Below the pieces are notes generated by a model. That model worked only from the letters and a program-made list of their open reading frames with translations, searched no databases and was not told the origin of the DNA. A stretch of DNA of 63,068 nucleotides, the filler included, from Lenisia limosa (taxonomy: Eukaryota > Protista > Breviatea): the NCBI GenBank assembly GCA_001655205.1. It is 5 parts of 5 records of this genome, joined end to end, with 100 filler letters (N's around TTAATTAATTAA, not from the genome) between each part and the next. Parts side by side here need not be neighbours in the genome. Positions count along the whole stretch, not along the records: positions 1 to 22,615 come from LPNZ01008266.1; 4 more parts are not named here. The stretch is one strand, 5' to 3'. The translations under genes were made by a program, and so were the position numbers. Below are positions 1 to 13,435 of this stretch, piece by piece (within the stretch, counting starts at the first letter, position 1; every line of letters begins with the position of its first letter).

Positions 1-146
1 GTGGGCAAAGTTTTTCGATTTCCGGATAAAATAATCAAGCTTAAAAAGAGGGGGTCAAAAACAAATAAAACTTCGTGAAAAGGGGGTGAGAACAAACCTC
101 CGAAACTTCTGAATAAATTTTTTTATTGTTTTTAAAAAAATTCGCT

Positions 147-253
147 AATTTTTACTTTCTGCTGGTTAGAATAGTCAAATATTGATTTCTTGAGGTCTTA
201 TGGCGCCATTTATTAAAAAATGACGGGATATCCCAAAAACGACGGGGTTTTGG
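147..253. repeat. ~107-bp repeat, inverted copy of 17885-17991; probable transposon terminus/TIR
   Basis: About 90% identical by manual alignment to the reverse complement of 17885-17991. Both copies lie next to contig ends. Confidence 0.85.
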
Positions 254-619
254 CGCACGAGCATATATTATATGTATGTATGTATGTATACTAGCAGCAT
301 TTAATCCGATTATTTTCCATTTCTCAAATAAAGGGACACCTTTTATTGTTTTAACAAAAGTTCGTTGTTAGTTATTATTATTTTTTTTATTTTTTTGTTT
401 CCCAGCTATGGTTGTTCAATTTCCACGTACCAGTCGCTTATGCGACATTCGGGTGAAGCATGCTACGAAAGGAGGGTGGGGTAATATTCCCATCATTTAC
501 TGTAAAAATGATGTTATGGATATAATTATATGTAAGTCCTTGCACAATAACCCTGACGACATCTTTCTTGTGCAAAGAGCTCTATTTCCATTCTTTATTG
601 AAAATCTAAAGTATTGAGA

Positions 620-2800
620 ATAATATAACTGGCAAACTCTGAAGATTTCTTACCCACATACAGCTGGGATCAGAAACATTTAATGGATTCGTCTGCTTCA
701 ACCCCTAATTAACCAGAAATTTCTTGAAATACTGGATCTTGCTCATTCCTCCTCCATCTTACCCTGATCATAAAAACTGGCATAGTAGAAAAAAATATTC
801 AACCGGCTTACTAGTGATGTGGTCAGCGATGCATATTGAATGACTTCGCGATTCTGAGTGAAGACTGGTCGCATGCAACAGAAAGTCTCCCACAGTTACA
901 CAGCATGACTTGCAAGTGTTGCAGCTCTTGGCATTGCAGTGGAGGAAGGATCAGTGGTGTCCAACAGGGGTCTGAAGGATGTTGGCATATCAATTCTTGG
1001 GATGGTTAGCTTTTTTGAGCTTTTTCAGGATATCAAGAATAGCATTCGCGAATATTTAGTTAACTTCTTGATCTGGGGCATGTTGAATCCTTCACTGAAG
1101 TTCAAAAAAAGTAAAGTGGGTCCTCAAAGCTTCGGGCATCATCATTTCAGATTAAACGGACACATCAAAACTTCCGGACAGAAGTTGACCCTTGAAATGA
1201 TGGCCACTGTTAAAGTTTTTTGAAAAACTGCTTCGACTGATACATAGACAAATGGACCTCCAAAATGTTCCCTTACAGTTTTAAAAGAATTTGAGCAAAT
1301 GTCAAAAATTTGTGAATTTGGTCTCCGGGGGTACGCTTGCTTTGGCTATGAGATGGTGAATTTTGAGAGAGAAATGCTCAAAATAGCACTTTCTACAAGG
1401 GTAAACCAACCAACACTGTCAAAATGTTTATATAATTGTGCTTTTAGCCTCATGTAGCCTCGGTTAGTCCCATTCCAGGCCATTTTTACACATTTTTAGA
1501 ATTTTTTTGTTTGGACTGCTTTATATGAAAAACTGCCCTGCGCATTTTTATGAGGCCATTTTTATGAGGCCATTTTTTCAAGTTTTTTTGCAAAATAAAA
1601 AAGGCCTGAACTTCCTTAAACTGGCTCATCTGTCGATTTCTAGGAGTAATGGAAAGTGAAGCGGGTACGTACATAGCTACATATCATATACTAATGAATA
1701 TATTTTCAAATATGCTGCTATGCCATGGTGTATACTTACTAATCTTAGTCCACTTACCTGGTTTTATTTTTAATGCGATTGAAACTCTTCTACCAGATTC
1801 TTTTTGTGAATGTTCTAACAATTCAAGAAAACTCATGTATATGTATGTTCCCCTGTGTTCTTACATTTTAGCTTTCCTTCAAGCTCCAATTGGAAAAGGA
1901 ATTTTTGGATAGGGCAACCAGCAGTCAACAAGTTTTAGCTTAATGTGGTAAGTAATTAAAAAGACCCTGCGGGATAATTCCGCAGGGTAATTTTTAGTAT
2001 GAAACAACTTCGGGTGGAATTCCGAGGTTGTTCCAATTTTGGACGTTCTTCGCTTTATTTTTTCCTTTTTGGGGTTTCAACATGATATTTGAGGAACTAC
2101 GATAAACCAACACCTACTCATAATATCGATATAATGCAACAGTATTGACCTCATAAAGCCTCGGTTAGCACATTCTAGGCAATTTTCACCCATTTTTGAA
2201 TTTTTCCATGTCATGTATACGAAAAACTACCCTGCGGAATTATCCCGAAGGCTCATTTTAATTACTTGCCACACTTTTATTATTATTTTCCAAACTCCAA
2301 AAAAACGGACTTAACCACCTTACAAGGACAATATCTTATCCTTCTTAGGATGATGAGAAACATATTTGATTTAATTCTGTCCCTGCACCTATGAAGTTTG
2401 TAAAAACCAGTAACTATGAGACATTTATGTAGTTTGTTGCAGTATACAGGTGCGGTTGATGTGGCGGTGGTGGGTGGTATGTTACTGTATCTATGAAGTA
2501 AGTAAAAACCATTAAAAATATGCAAGCGTATCAAATCCCCCAGATACATCTAGAGCAAAACTGAAACAGACAGAAAATCCTGTCAATGTACATTGTGAAA
2601 AGGTCAAAGCATACAATCTCCATCTTGGTGAGCCGGTCAAGAACAGTTGCAATCCATTTTGGTAAATGAATCGGGGCGGTAGTGCTCCTCGTTACCGAGC
2701 TTTCGGATGTTGATAATGAACAGGGACATCTGTAAAAGCACAGCTTCCTTCAAAGGATTGAAAAACTCAATAATACCTTCTGAGAACGTCATAAAACAAA
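620..2800 (-). pseudogene. Degenerate Crypton/DUF3504-like tyrosine recombinase remnant, interrupted by a MITE
   Basis: Minus-strand fragments in the expected order: LFIINIRKLGNEEHYRPDSF (FvxEvRKxdGexYxPdS-like), CPEVLMCPF..CPKL, QTPVGHH (PvGxN-like), SHSICIADHIT (NHSLRAT-like). Many stops and frameshifts. Family call is from motif memory only. Confidence 0.5.
1944..2273. mobile_element. MITE-like element, ~330 bp with ~57-bp imperfect TIRs
   Basis: TGTGGTAAGTAATTAAAAAGACCCTGCGGGATAATTCCGCAGGGTAATTTTTAGTAT at 1944 matches the reverse complement of ~2217-2273. A decayed direct copy of the right part lies at ~1448-1545. No ORF inside. Confidence 0.75.
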
Positions 2801-3266
2801 GACAAACGCAAGGTTTTGATCGATGATTCTTGAATAGGGTTAAAAATTAATTTAGTGAAAGAGCAGCTTACCACTAGTAACAGCTTCTTGGTTGTCAACA
2901 AAAAACAGCTTCACAAAGTCAAAATTAACTTAAATAATGCGTGTCTATCAACATTTTCTCTGCAGAGGACAATTCAACTCTATAGTTGAACTGATTTTAA
3001 CTGGTCCTAGATAATCAATGTCCTTTCCACTTCCTTCCTTTTTTAGTTGGCCTGCCTCTATTCTTCCCCTATCAGGGCGGTTCACCCCCCCCTGTTGTAC
3101 CAGTATTTATACCCCCTTATTATTTCGCCGATTTTCCATCATCCTCAGAATAATCCAAACACCACCTCAGTAATGTATTTGTACATATCCAGAAGTAAGA
3201 AGACGATTGGAAAATTGATGTTTTTCATGGACTGATATCGGGTCTGAAAGGTACACCTGAGAAACA

Positions 3267-3345
3267 TAGGTACGCCTCTGCACCGTTCTTAATTAACAAT
3301 TATATAGATATCAGATAGGTACGCCTCTGCACCCTTCTTAATAAT
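3267..3345. repeat. Short direct repeat, two copies of ATAGGTACGCCTCTGCACC(G/C)TTCTTAAT
   Basis: Two near-identical 28-bp units about 48 bp apart. Confidence 0.8.
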
Positions 3346-3859
3346 TTAGATGATATAGATGGCATATCAGGGTAGGAGACTGAGGAAGGACGCAACACTT
3401 GAAAGTTGTCTTCACTATAAAGCCTCTTTGAAGCCCCTTCAGCTCTTACCCTCCTGATTCAACTAGTATGTTCATAAAAAAAGTCATAAGGGAATCCGTG
3501 ATGCCTGAATTGCGCTCCCCTCCTGCTCTTTCTTTCTCTTTTTACTCTAAGTGACCATTTCTGTTCTCTTTTTTTTTGCTCAAGTTTTCTCAAAGAAGTG
3601 AAATTATTATGACTTATTAAATAGCTTTAGATGATTTGAGAATATTTCTTGTTTAAATATGTCTTTTTGATCAGATATTGTTGTTTTCTTGTTTGCTTAA
3701 CCGCACAGGTCACCGCTTAGGACATTCATTTATGAGTACAGTGTACTCTGCTGAGGCCATTTGACTCCTAAGGATTTGCATTTAGTTACATATTAATACA
3801 AGTTAAACACTTTATTTTACTTGCTTATCATTCAATGGGTCATACAGCGGCTACATTTT

Positions 3860-5460
3860 ATTTTGACTTGTCAATTTCGTGGAAACTGATAGTTCCACAT
3901 TTGAAAATCTCACAAATTATAATATCATATTGTTGTAACATTGTAATATGAAGTGCAGGGTGGGCATAACTACAATTTTTTGGGACAATCTTTTGGTTGG
4001 ATTCTTCTCTTGTTCCAAGCCCCGTGGAGTGGCGTAGATAGTAAGAATAGTTCAGTATATGGCAGCAAATAAACGACAGCATCTTTACAACAGTCGAGAT
4101 AATAATTCAATGAAAGAATATCAAGAGAGCTGTAGTCTAACCAAAATCAATTTTGATTCATAATAATAACAGGTTAAAAAAATTAAGTGTCAGTAATGAT
4201 GAGGATTTTTAAGTGGGAACTGGGAATGCAGTGTATCATGATTTATATATCATCTTTCTGCGTGCCTCCCCCATATATTACTGTATTATCTGATACTATA
4301 TATTATGTATATTTGATAACAGTTCAACACACTCGATCACACCATTCGATATTCATCTTCTTCTTTCATTCGGACTGGAGACAAGTTCCATTGTAACAAA
4401 ACTCTTGATCAACCAACTTGTGACGGAGTTATGCTTGATAAATGTGATGGGTGAGGTGAAATATTAATAATATCACTTTAACATGGTAAGGTGATGTATG
4501 ACGTATGCGATTAAAAATGCTTAAATAGAAGATTGATATTCTACTTGGGACATATATAACCGGCAATGAAGAGCGGAGGTGGCTAAGGAGATGAGAGACA
4601 GTGACCCCGCCGGGTTCGATTCTGATCAAAAGATCTTTTTTTTTCAATTTTTTATCTCCTCATTTTTTTCTTCTTTTTGCTCAAAATTTCTTTGTTTTGA
4701 TGTTGTTGATATTCTAGTACTCAAAACTCTAGGAGTGGTTTAATTCACAATATGTGAAAAAAATGATATTTGTGTGTCAATAATAGCTGAGGGATAGCTA
4801 GTTGAGCTGTCTAATGGAGTGTTTTGTTCTTAATTATCTTATATATGGTTGTTTCGGGCAGCTGCAATGAAGAAGGCAACTTGCTTGCTTTGTTTGCTAA
4901 CTTTTTTCTTCGCTCAGGGTGTGCTGTCTGTCGCCAATAACAACAAAAGGGGGTGGGTAATCAAAGGAGTAAAGACTTATCAAAACCAAATGATACAAAG
5001 CAAGCCTGTTCCCACCACCGCTTGATCACCCAGTTACATCAAAAGGGAGGCTTAGTAAGGCTACCATTGTGAAATGAAATCATTGCTTCAAAAGTATCAA
5101 ATTATAAGATATCTTACATTACCTCCTGATAATATATAGCAATGAAAAATAAAAAATAAGGTTGTATCGGACCGAAGCCATTACGCTTATTAGAATATTG
5201 GATTATAGTATAATATTAATTCACCCAATTATTTGCCTTACAACTTGTGCACATAGCTTTTTGTGTGCCTCCCCTGCATACCTGATAATATCTTGAATTA
5301 GACCAGCGTCTACTTGAAAAAGACTCTCTCTGATGTTATGTGAGATGCTTTGGGAGTTGAAACAGAAGTTAGCTTAAATCTCAAATGGGGGTATAAATTG
5401 TCTCACAATCACCAACACTGAGAAGTATAAAGGTTCAGACTTGATGCAAGAATCTTGTTT
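3860..5460 (-). pseudogene. Degraded multi-exon gene or genes of unknown function
   Basis: Alternating GT..AG-bounded segments and short reading frames with stops. Hosts the structured intron at 5126-5281. No recognisable domain. Confidence 0.3.
5126..5281 (-). other. Structured repetitive intron (family member A)
   Basis: Starts GTATGCAGGGGAGGCAC, contains ATTGGGTGAAT and GGCTTCGGTC-CGATAC, ends in a T-rich tract and CAG. Homologous to 58964-59107 and 61591-61677. Confidence 0.7.
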
Positions 5461-6649
5461 TTGATTCTTGATCCTTGATGTTTTTGTTTGTATTTTTTAA
5501 ATAATATAACAATAAGAAACTGACACTAATGTAACGCTAACACAAATTCGAACCTCCACAGCATGCAACATAAACAAAAACCGAATTTTCTTTTCGGAAT
5601 TTCACATTCTTTAAGTAAAGAGTAGTTATATAAGCAAGTACTCTCTTACTTACTAGCAATTAACTTATCCATACTTGCTCTCTGCTCAGAAGCAAGGTTC
5701 GCATTCAAATTGAAGTGTAAGGAGAAAACTACAAGTGTCATACAGTCAATAATAAAAAATATCAAAACTCTATCAATTAATAATGTAGCGTAATATACGA
5801 GCTAGTAGGGGAAAGCTGAGAATTTGGAGTATCGAGAAATCTTGAACCAGAACAAAAAATTCTATTTTCCGATGAGCCGCACTCTAAACAACCATAACAA
5901 CAGTTCAAGGGACAAGAGAATTCCGAAAAATAGGGGATTAGGAAGAAATTTTGAGTTATGATCTGAGCTGTGATTCTCATCACTATTTTGTTCAATGAAA
6001 ATGTGATGAAGACTCCTCCAAATCTTCTCGAAATACATTCAGTTGACCTTGAAAGGCTCTATTCCTCAAAAGGAGCAAAATAATGGAAAAGTACAAATTT
6101 TTGACATTTCAGATCCCAAAAAAAAGGACTTTCGCTAGACTCTCACGCGCTTTATCAACGCTTTACATACTAATTCAGTATTTAAACCATATCTATCCTG
6201 TTTTCGAACCGATTTCTGACATTTCCTTTGGAGCCGCTGTGCCGCGAATCACATGGACTTCTGCCTCAGTTTGTAAACGGAGGCTAAACCTTCGGAACTT
6301 GTATATTAAACTTAATATGGAAGAACAAAGGGGTTTAGGCTCATTCGGAGGGACACCTTAAACCTGGTGAAACGGCAAGTCAAGCTTCAATATACTAGTT
6401 GAAGGTTTGACACCCTCTAATATTATTCACATATCACCGGGAACGGCTCTCAATAGGTGCCGGGAACTTGGCCTGATCTCCACTCGCTTGTAGTTTACTA
6501 GTTAACTGTCTCTTTGTTATCCTAATAATACTTTGCTATTAAACAAAGTTGTTGGAGCCTTTAATCTGAATGCATCACGCTTCCCCTCTGCCCCTTACTG
6601 TCCACAGAAAGTAAGATCTAATGTTTAGTGTCAACGAAATATTAATGTG

Positions 6650-9300
6650 ATATGTGTTCTCAAAATGTGTCTGGGAGAGAAGTCCAAGCAAGAATTTGCC
6701 ACGGTTGCCTGACCATGCAGGACATCAACACTGGAACTGATGCCAAAGAAGTGAGTGTATAGAATTTATTGCTTATTCCTTTAGTTAATTATGAAAGTAT
6801 ATGAACAGTTTGAGACGGCTAACAGAAGGTGCCTCCAGTTGGAGAGGATTGAAGCGAAGCAAACCGAGCAGATTCAAAGTCTTAAGCAAGAGAATAGAAG
6901 GAACGCTTGCTGACTGTGACTACCTAATATATAGTAGAGCCATGTACCACTACAGACTCCAACTGTCAGAGTCATTGAATTTCAATGAAGAAAAGACACG
7001 CAATCAGCGTTATAAAAAATAGCGTCGTGGTCTTCCTCTGAAGGTTTGAGGTTTCACCATCCTTTAACTTTTAGACTGGATACCTCTATGAGGATTCTGC
7101 CAGGTTTTTAAAAACCTCAGTTGTTCAGCATCACCTTCCAATTCGGGCTCAGGAGTCCTTAATTTGGTTCGACAACGTTTTCACTTGTTTTTATCTTTAG
7201 TCTTTTTGACCATGCAACACGTGATGGATAATACCGTTCCACAAAGAAGAAGGTATTCCCCTTAGAAAGAACTTACGTTGTAGATCTGCAGCAGCGTTGA
7301 ACTTCGGGTTGCATTGAAGTCAACCGACCATGGGAGAGCTGGATCTCTTTCGGAGGTTGTGAAACTGTATGGAAAGAGTTTAGGCAGTGGAACGAAGCAA
7401 GTTTGGGCCCTTTGTAATGTCAGATTTTAGATGAATTACATTATATCAAATGATGGATCGCAAGTCATCTGAACGTGGCAGGCGTGTCTTTGAACTGATA
7501 AGGATGACCAGTCCAAAAAGTTGGTTAAATAGTGTGATTTCAAGTTTTATGTTTTAGAAAATGCAGTCAGAATGCAACATTTGCCTACTCGGCACATTCA
7601 AGGGGAAAGAAGATGAGAGATTTGTAAGGAAGTGCTATTCGCATTTTATGGAAGATTTGAAAAATTTGGCAGAAAATGGAGTGGCTAATACTGAAGAATT
7701 TCATGAATTTGAAGTGGCACAGATCCACCTTGGGGTGATCGACCCTCCAGCAGTGTCAGCGAATATTTAGAACCTGCCAAATAACACCAACCAATATCTA
7801 TGTAGTTTACCTACAAATCATGCAACTTATATGAATGATGAACACAAGAGAAAGTCAGAGGGGTCACACATTGTACCATTAGAACATTACATAAATATAA
7901 TTTTCTCCGACCCCTAACCAAGAGGCGGCAGCACGGTATCAGATTGCAAAGCTGTTGGAGGAAGCCCAAGGAAACTGGCGACAGTGTTCTCAACAACAGG
8001 GTGATTTGCAGAAAACAGTTCGTACAACGAATTTTTTGGGTTCAGTAATTGGGAGCCGTTCGGAACAAGAAATTTTCTATTCTCCAGCTGTTCAAGCCGA
8101 TCAGACAATCTATTCAGTGAAGAGGAGTGGACATGTGCATTTAAGAAAAAGTACGGACCACATCGCCTATACAAGCGCAGAGGTTGAAACTTGGTGCAAA
8201 AGGAGAGCAACTTTATAAAGACAAAATTCCACCCGACACATCAATATACCCTCTCCAGATGTGTCCCAATTTGTGATAGGTCCCATATGCTAGAGCCAGA
8301 ACGTTATTCTTGTTCCACAGCTTGAATATTCCTGCAGAAACACAGCACCCCAGTGCAGGTTTGGACCAAAACAAAATAGGTAGAAAGAAACACAAATTTC
8401 TTGGTGGATTATACGATTTCATTAGTTGAAGCTCCCAAAAGTCATTTTTGTCACGGCAACATCATTGAGAGTGGCAATGGTGTATGCTCTCTTGACTCAA
8501 TTCGCCAAATAACCCAAGTTGTATGTTCCTTTATATTAAAAACGCGTTCGCTAGCGAGAAGTTTTAAAGAAGGATGACATTTTATAAACCAATTGACGAA
8601 GTCAGGCCCAGGCAAAACAAGGTAATAACATGACAATAGTCAAGGTAATTTCAATAAACCCTCCACAATTTGAAAAACAGCTTCCCTTGTGATATGTTGG
8701 TCCTCGATAATCTTGACGTAGCACTCAATCTTCGGTGGCAGCAGTAATCAATCTTTGACAACCAGAAGGCTTAATTGACTCACTGCATTCTGTGTTGAAA
8801 CGATCGATGTTGTTATGTCGCAGTAAGATGCAATATAACGATTGGTCATAATAATACGTCTGCCAATTTTTTTATCATAAACCCAAACTGTTTTCAGTGC
8901 ATGCACCAAAATTATTAATTACACTAAAGGGTACTACACCATCCATACCTGTTCAACAAACACCTGCTGAATGGAAGTTGATTGTTGTGTTGGAGAACAT
9001 CTATTGCTTGCCTTGCAGCAGATGGAACAACACACTCAGGATGAATTAAAGCTTATTCTATGAGAATATAGAAGACAAAGAAAACAAAAAGAGGAGAATT
9101 CAAGAAAAAAAAGTCACCATGAATCCGCATGTCGGGGATGCTGGGACATTTTTGGTTCTTGTTGACAGCTTTAGAGAGGTTAAACCTGTAGTTGAATGAA
9201 AAAAATCAAACTTTTTGTTCGAAGGCTTTGTTCTTGTGTAATAATGCCAAATGAAGGACAACTCAATAACAATATTGTAAAACACTTCTTTATTCACTTT
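6650..9300 (+). pseudogene. Heavily decayed coding-like sequence, possibly transposon-derived
   Basis: Short protein-like frames (a coiled-coil piece EQFETANRRCLQLERIEAKQ; MLVLDNLDVALN) broken by many stops. No secure family. Confidence 0.25.
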
Positions 9301-10637
9301 TAAAAGGGGTTTTCAAAAAAAATAAAAATAAGACAATTGGGTGACCATGCAGTTCAATTCAAAATTAGTCTCGGAAATTTTTCATTGCTTGCCTCGTTAT
9401 TGTACAAAATTTTCAATTTTGGAATGAATGTTGCATCACAAGTAGAGCTCTGTGATCGATCGCACTCCCGAGATGTCAATCAGAGGCAGGTTTTTGTTTC
9501 AAGCAAGACGTCATACTCAAGAACTGCATGGTCGCGCTTTCGTCTTACTCAGAGGAGGTCCAACTAACAAATTACAAGAGTATTCTGGTTCTAAGAATAG
9601 CACAACATCTATCAAATGTCAAAATTTCTTTTGTGTTTATGGTCACCCACCGCGATTTGCCTGACTGAATTCGCTAACTTATTCCCACATCCTTTACGGT
9701 GGGTATATCCACACCATACGTAGTGTATGCTTTTTATTTGTTTCTTGGCAAGAACTTATCATCTACTATCAAATTCTTTATAAATATATGCACCAAACTG
9801 GACGAATTACCCAGTGGAAGGTACTCTGTGAATGCGTTTGTCACGAAGCCGTCAACAAACTTAGCTCCTCACTTCCTTTTGGTGACATATGGCGCGAAGT
9901 CGCATTGTCTCTCTATGAGATACATGTTAAGTACAAATGTCGCCATGGACGGTACTAACGTTGTCGGCGTTCTGCGGTCGCTGCCATTCTCAGAGTCCGT
10001 TGTTTCTGACCTGGACAAGGTCAAGGAAAACCTCTTCCCCTCCTCCCTTCCCGATCAGATGGATCAACTTCAGGTTTGCAGGTCCAAATCTTTTTGAACA
10101 TGTTTTTTTTTGTTGCTATGAGACTAGATTGACTAGACTCCACATACTAGCTCAGAAGCTCAGAAGTGCATCAGCTTTGGCATCAGCGAATGAGAAGTGA
10201 TTAATAAAAATAATACGTAGGGGTACTAATATTCTCAGACCTACTGATTTTGCGAAAGAGACACAAGTTGGCACAAGAAGAGCAAGCAGGTGGCAAGCAG
10301 AATAATAAAGAACTAAAGAACCTTATAACCTTATATATAACCTTATAAGAAGCATATTAGTGGTTTTTATGTGACACGTTAAAGCAGGTTCTGTCGCCCT
10401 CATTGGCGGCTGAAAACTTTTTGTTGCATCATAAAGAAGGGACCGGCTGATCGGAATGTTAAATTGACAAATCACCGGCTTGCCTCGTTGCCTGCTCTTC
10501 CTGGTGGTAGAGGTAAGCTTTTTATGGGATAATAATTCTAAGGTATTAGATATATTGTCCAAAATGCCAAAACTAAACTCAATAGGAAATCTTGGTCTTG
10601 CCAGTCAAGGCATGGGCCTTCTGTTTCTCGAAATAAT

Positions 10638-10944
10638 GTGGGCTTAATGCAGAAACAAACGCAGGCACGAACCCACCACCTTGCTTCTCTTCCCTCGCAA
10701 AGTGGCCCTGGTGGTTACAGTGGCAATGTTCAGCAGCAAGAGTACTCCGCACAACAGCAATATTCTCAGCAATATTCCGATTACATGAGCCACAATTATC
10801 AGACACAGCAGAATCAGTACGCACAGGCACAGCAGTACCAGTACGCCATGCAGCAGACGCAGTATCAGGCGCAACCGAAAAGAAGAGGTACACGATTGTC
10901 ATCACTGGGCAACAAAGCAGACCACAATTTTGGGGCTGCTCCAC
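10638..10944 (+). CDS. Gln/Tyr-rich low-complexity (prion-like) exon of an unknown gene, cut by a gap
   Basis: Open frame with QQQEYSAQQQYSQQYSDY...QYAQAQQYQYAMQQTQYQ and C/G-ending codons. Runs into Ns at 10945. Confidence 0.6.
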
Positions 10945-13061
10945 NNNNNNNNNNNNNNNNNNNNNNNNNNNNNNNNNNNNNNNNNNNNNNNNNNNNNNNN
11001 NNNNNNNNNNNNNNNNNNNNNNNNNNNNNNNNNNNNNNNNNNNNNNNNNNNNNNNNNNNNNNNNNNNNNNNNNNNNNNNNNNNNNNNNNNNNNNNNNNNN
11101 NNNNNNNNNNNNNNNNNNNNNNNNNNNNNNNNNNNNNNNNNNNNNNNNNNNNNNNNNCTGGATTGAGGACCCTCTGTTTGCAGTTACAATAATGAATAAT
11201 GTAGTATAAATTGATTTTTATTTCACAATTCTTTGTGACACTGCAGCCGCCCCGACGACAGGTCAACCTAGAAACTTATTTAATCAAAATAAGATAGAGT
11301 TTTCCCTCAGGTCAATGATTGCTGACTCCGTTTTGGAGGCTGTTGCCATTCAGACCTCCACTGTTTCTATCTCAGAGCTTACACAAGTTGTTCTTTTTTG
11401 ACAGTGGTGGGAACAGGTTCTAATTGACTTGTTCTTGGTTCTGTTGGTAACGATGTTCACTTAATGTGATTAAAAAGGTGCTACATTCAGAATATTCACA
11501 ATGAAACGCCCTAGAAATGCTTATTTTGATGTGACTTTAGGATGCGAAAAATGGCTGTTGTCTGTTTCCATGGTTTGCTCATGGTTTGTTTTCTCTGTTT
11601 GCCTTGTTTTTTTTCTTAACTATTTTATAACCTCCTTCTGCTTTTATTACTTAGTCCCGTTTAGGGATTGGTGATAATGGCTGGTGTTAATGGTTACATT
11701 GTGTGCATTTTCATTCTCCAAAAACAAATCTAAAATAATGAAATCTGGTAGAAATATCAGTAACAGTTACTGTAAGTTACTGCGTTAGTCACTGACCCTT
11801 TCCTGTGATGCAATTATTAGCACAATTATTCATGACAGGAATGGCAGTGACGCAGATGATACGGATGACAACGCGGATGAGGATGTTCTATGGACTTCAG
11901 CGTATGTTAATTTCTACAGTCGACGGCTTATGGCAGAGGGTGCGCATTCTATGAAACTATTATGACTGCTTATAAACTGATGTCACAGTTCCTGCTTTGA
12001 TCACCATTCTCTTTCCTTATATTTGCTATATTGTGTCTTTGTTGGGGCAACGTTTATGGCGTTGAACTGGAGGCATATATTCGCGCTTTCTAGAGAAGTA
12101 GTTAAAAACATCACTCATTGTATCAATGATGGGCATCTCAACAAACTTGCCGGAAGAGCATGCAAAGTAAACCTTAAGAGTCAGGATTATCAGTAGCGAC
12201 ATGAATTAACAACAGAATCTGCTTACTCGGCGTCTTCTGTCTTCCAGTTGGCATGAGCGATGACATCAATATCAACTGAGAGAAGTACCATGAGGTTTTC
12301 CTTGTCATAACTTGCCTTTATTGATCAGTATTGCACACACACACACACAGCCATACATAATAAAAATAATATAAACCACAACTATGATTGGCCTTCGCCA
12401 GGTGGCACTAGAAGACAGGAAACATTTGCTGCCGTACAGCGTTTATTTCGCCCGGACATCTTGAAATTTGTTACTGTTGGAACGGCAATTGACAATGCTG
12501 GGACAGAGACGGGTGTGAATGAGCCGCTCCACTCGGTTCTTTGAAGGAATCTGTGGTTCACTAAACGAGCCAATTTTGTTTTTGCATCCGGAGGGCTTAA
12601 TGTGATGATTGAGGAGTGTGCCAACCGGCAACTTGGTATGAGCAGTTTTCCTTGACTATTTATCATGGAGTTGCCCGTCTCCCCTACGGCTGATAAAAGT
12701 GGTTTGTCATTATTGATGGTTTGACAACAGCAGCACGTTTGGCAGCAAGGGGTATGTTTCACGTTTCTTTTAACTTGATTCCACAATACTAATCGAAGCC
12801 TGCAAGAAGGTTATTGAGAAACCTTATAGAAGAGAACTACCTCTCCTCTTCATAGTTTATCTGTCAAACAAAACTGAATTATCTGGAACCTGCAAATATC
12901 AAGTTGAGGACCCCCAGATATATTATATTCTTCTACCCCATGCCAAAATTACTAAACTTTGACTTTGACCAAACCAACAGTCAACACCTCAACACAGACA
13001 CACAGGCAGTCCACAGGCTATCAATTTCAACCAAATTTCAATTGTATCCAACTATCCGACA

Positions 13062-13422
13062 ATGAATGTTCCTGAGAGATTTAATCTGTTTGTTTTAAAT
13101 GAGGGAGTGAAAAAGTTTTTATTTTTTTCAAATGTAATTTCGGGTTCAAGTGGTGTTAGAATCCCAAGCCTCTGATCTGTATTCGATAATTATCAGAAAA
13201 GAGGACTATACTATTGCTGAATTACTTAAAGAGTTTTTGACGTTTTTAATGAGGCAACTGCACCATAATCCAAGTATACAATTTAGTGGATATATTCAAC
13301 AACATCCTTTGATTCATGAATTTATTCTAAGAGTGAAAACAACAAGTTTTATTGGAGCCTCCTTTGCAGAATCACTAGATCGTGTTACTAAGGAGATGAA
13401 CACCATTATTGGATACTTTTAA
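13062..13422 (+). CDS. RPB11: RNA polymerase II subunit RPB11-like protein (divergent), two micro-introns
   Basis: MNVPERFNLFVLNEGVKK|VQVVLESQASDLYSIIIRKEDYTIAELLKE|QLHHNPSIQFSGYIQQHPLIHEFILRVKTT follows the RPB11 pattern (MNxPxxF..EGxKK, KEDHT, FAGY, HPL). Introns 13115-13142 (GT-CG) and 13233-13253 (GT-AG, in frame, inferred from alignment). Confidence 0.8.
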
Positions 13423-13435
13423 AATGTATTTCCAG

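Noticed and set aside
7400-9300. Ulp1-like WLNS, Walker-A-like GPGKT and TAT helicase-like words
   Set aside because: Isolated short matches in different frames without the other required motifs.
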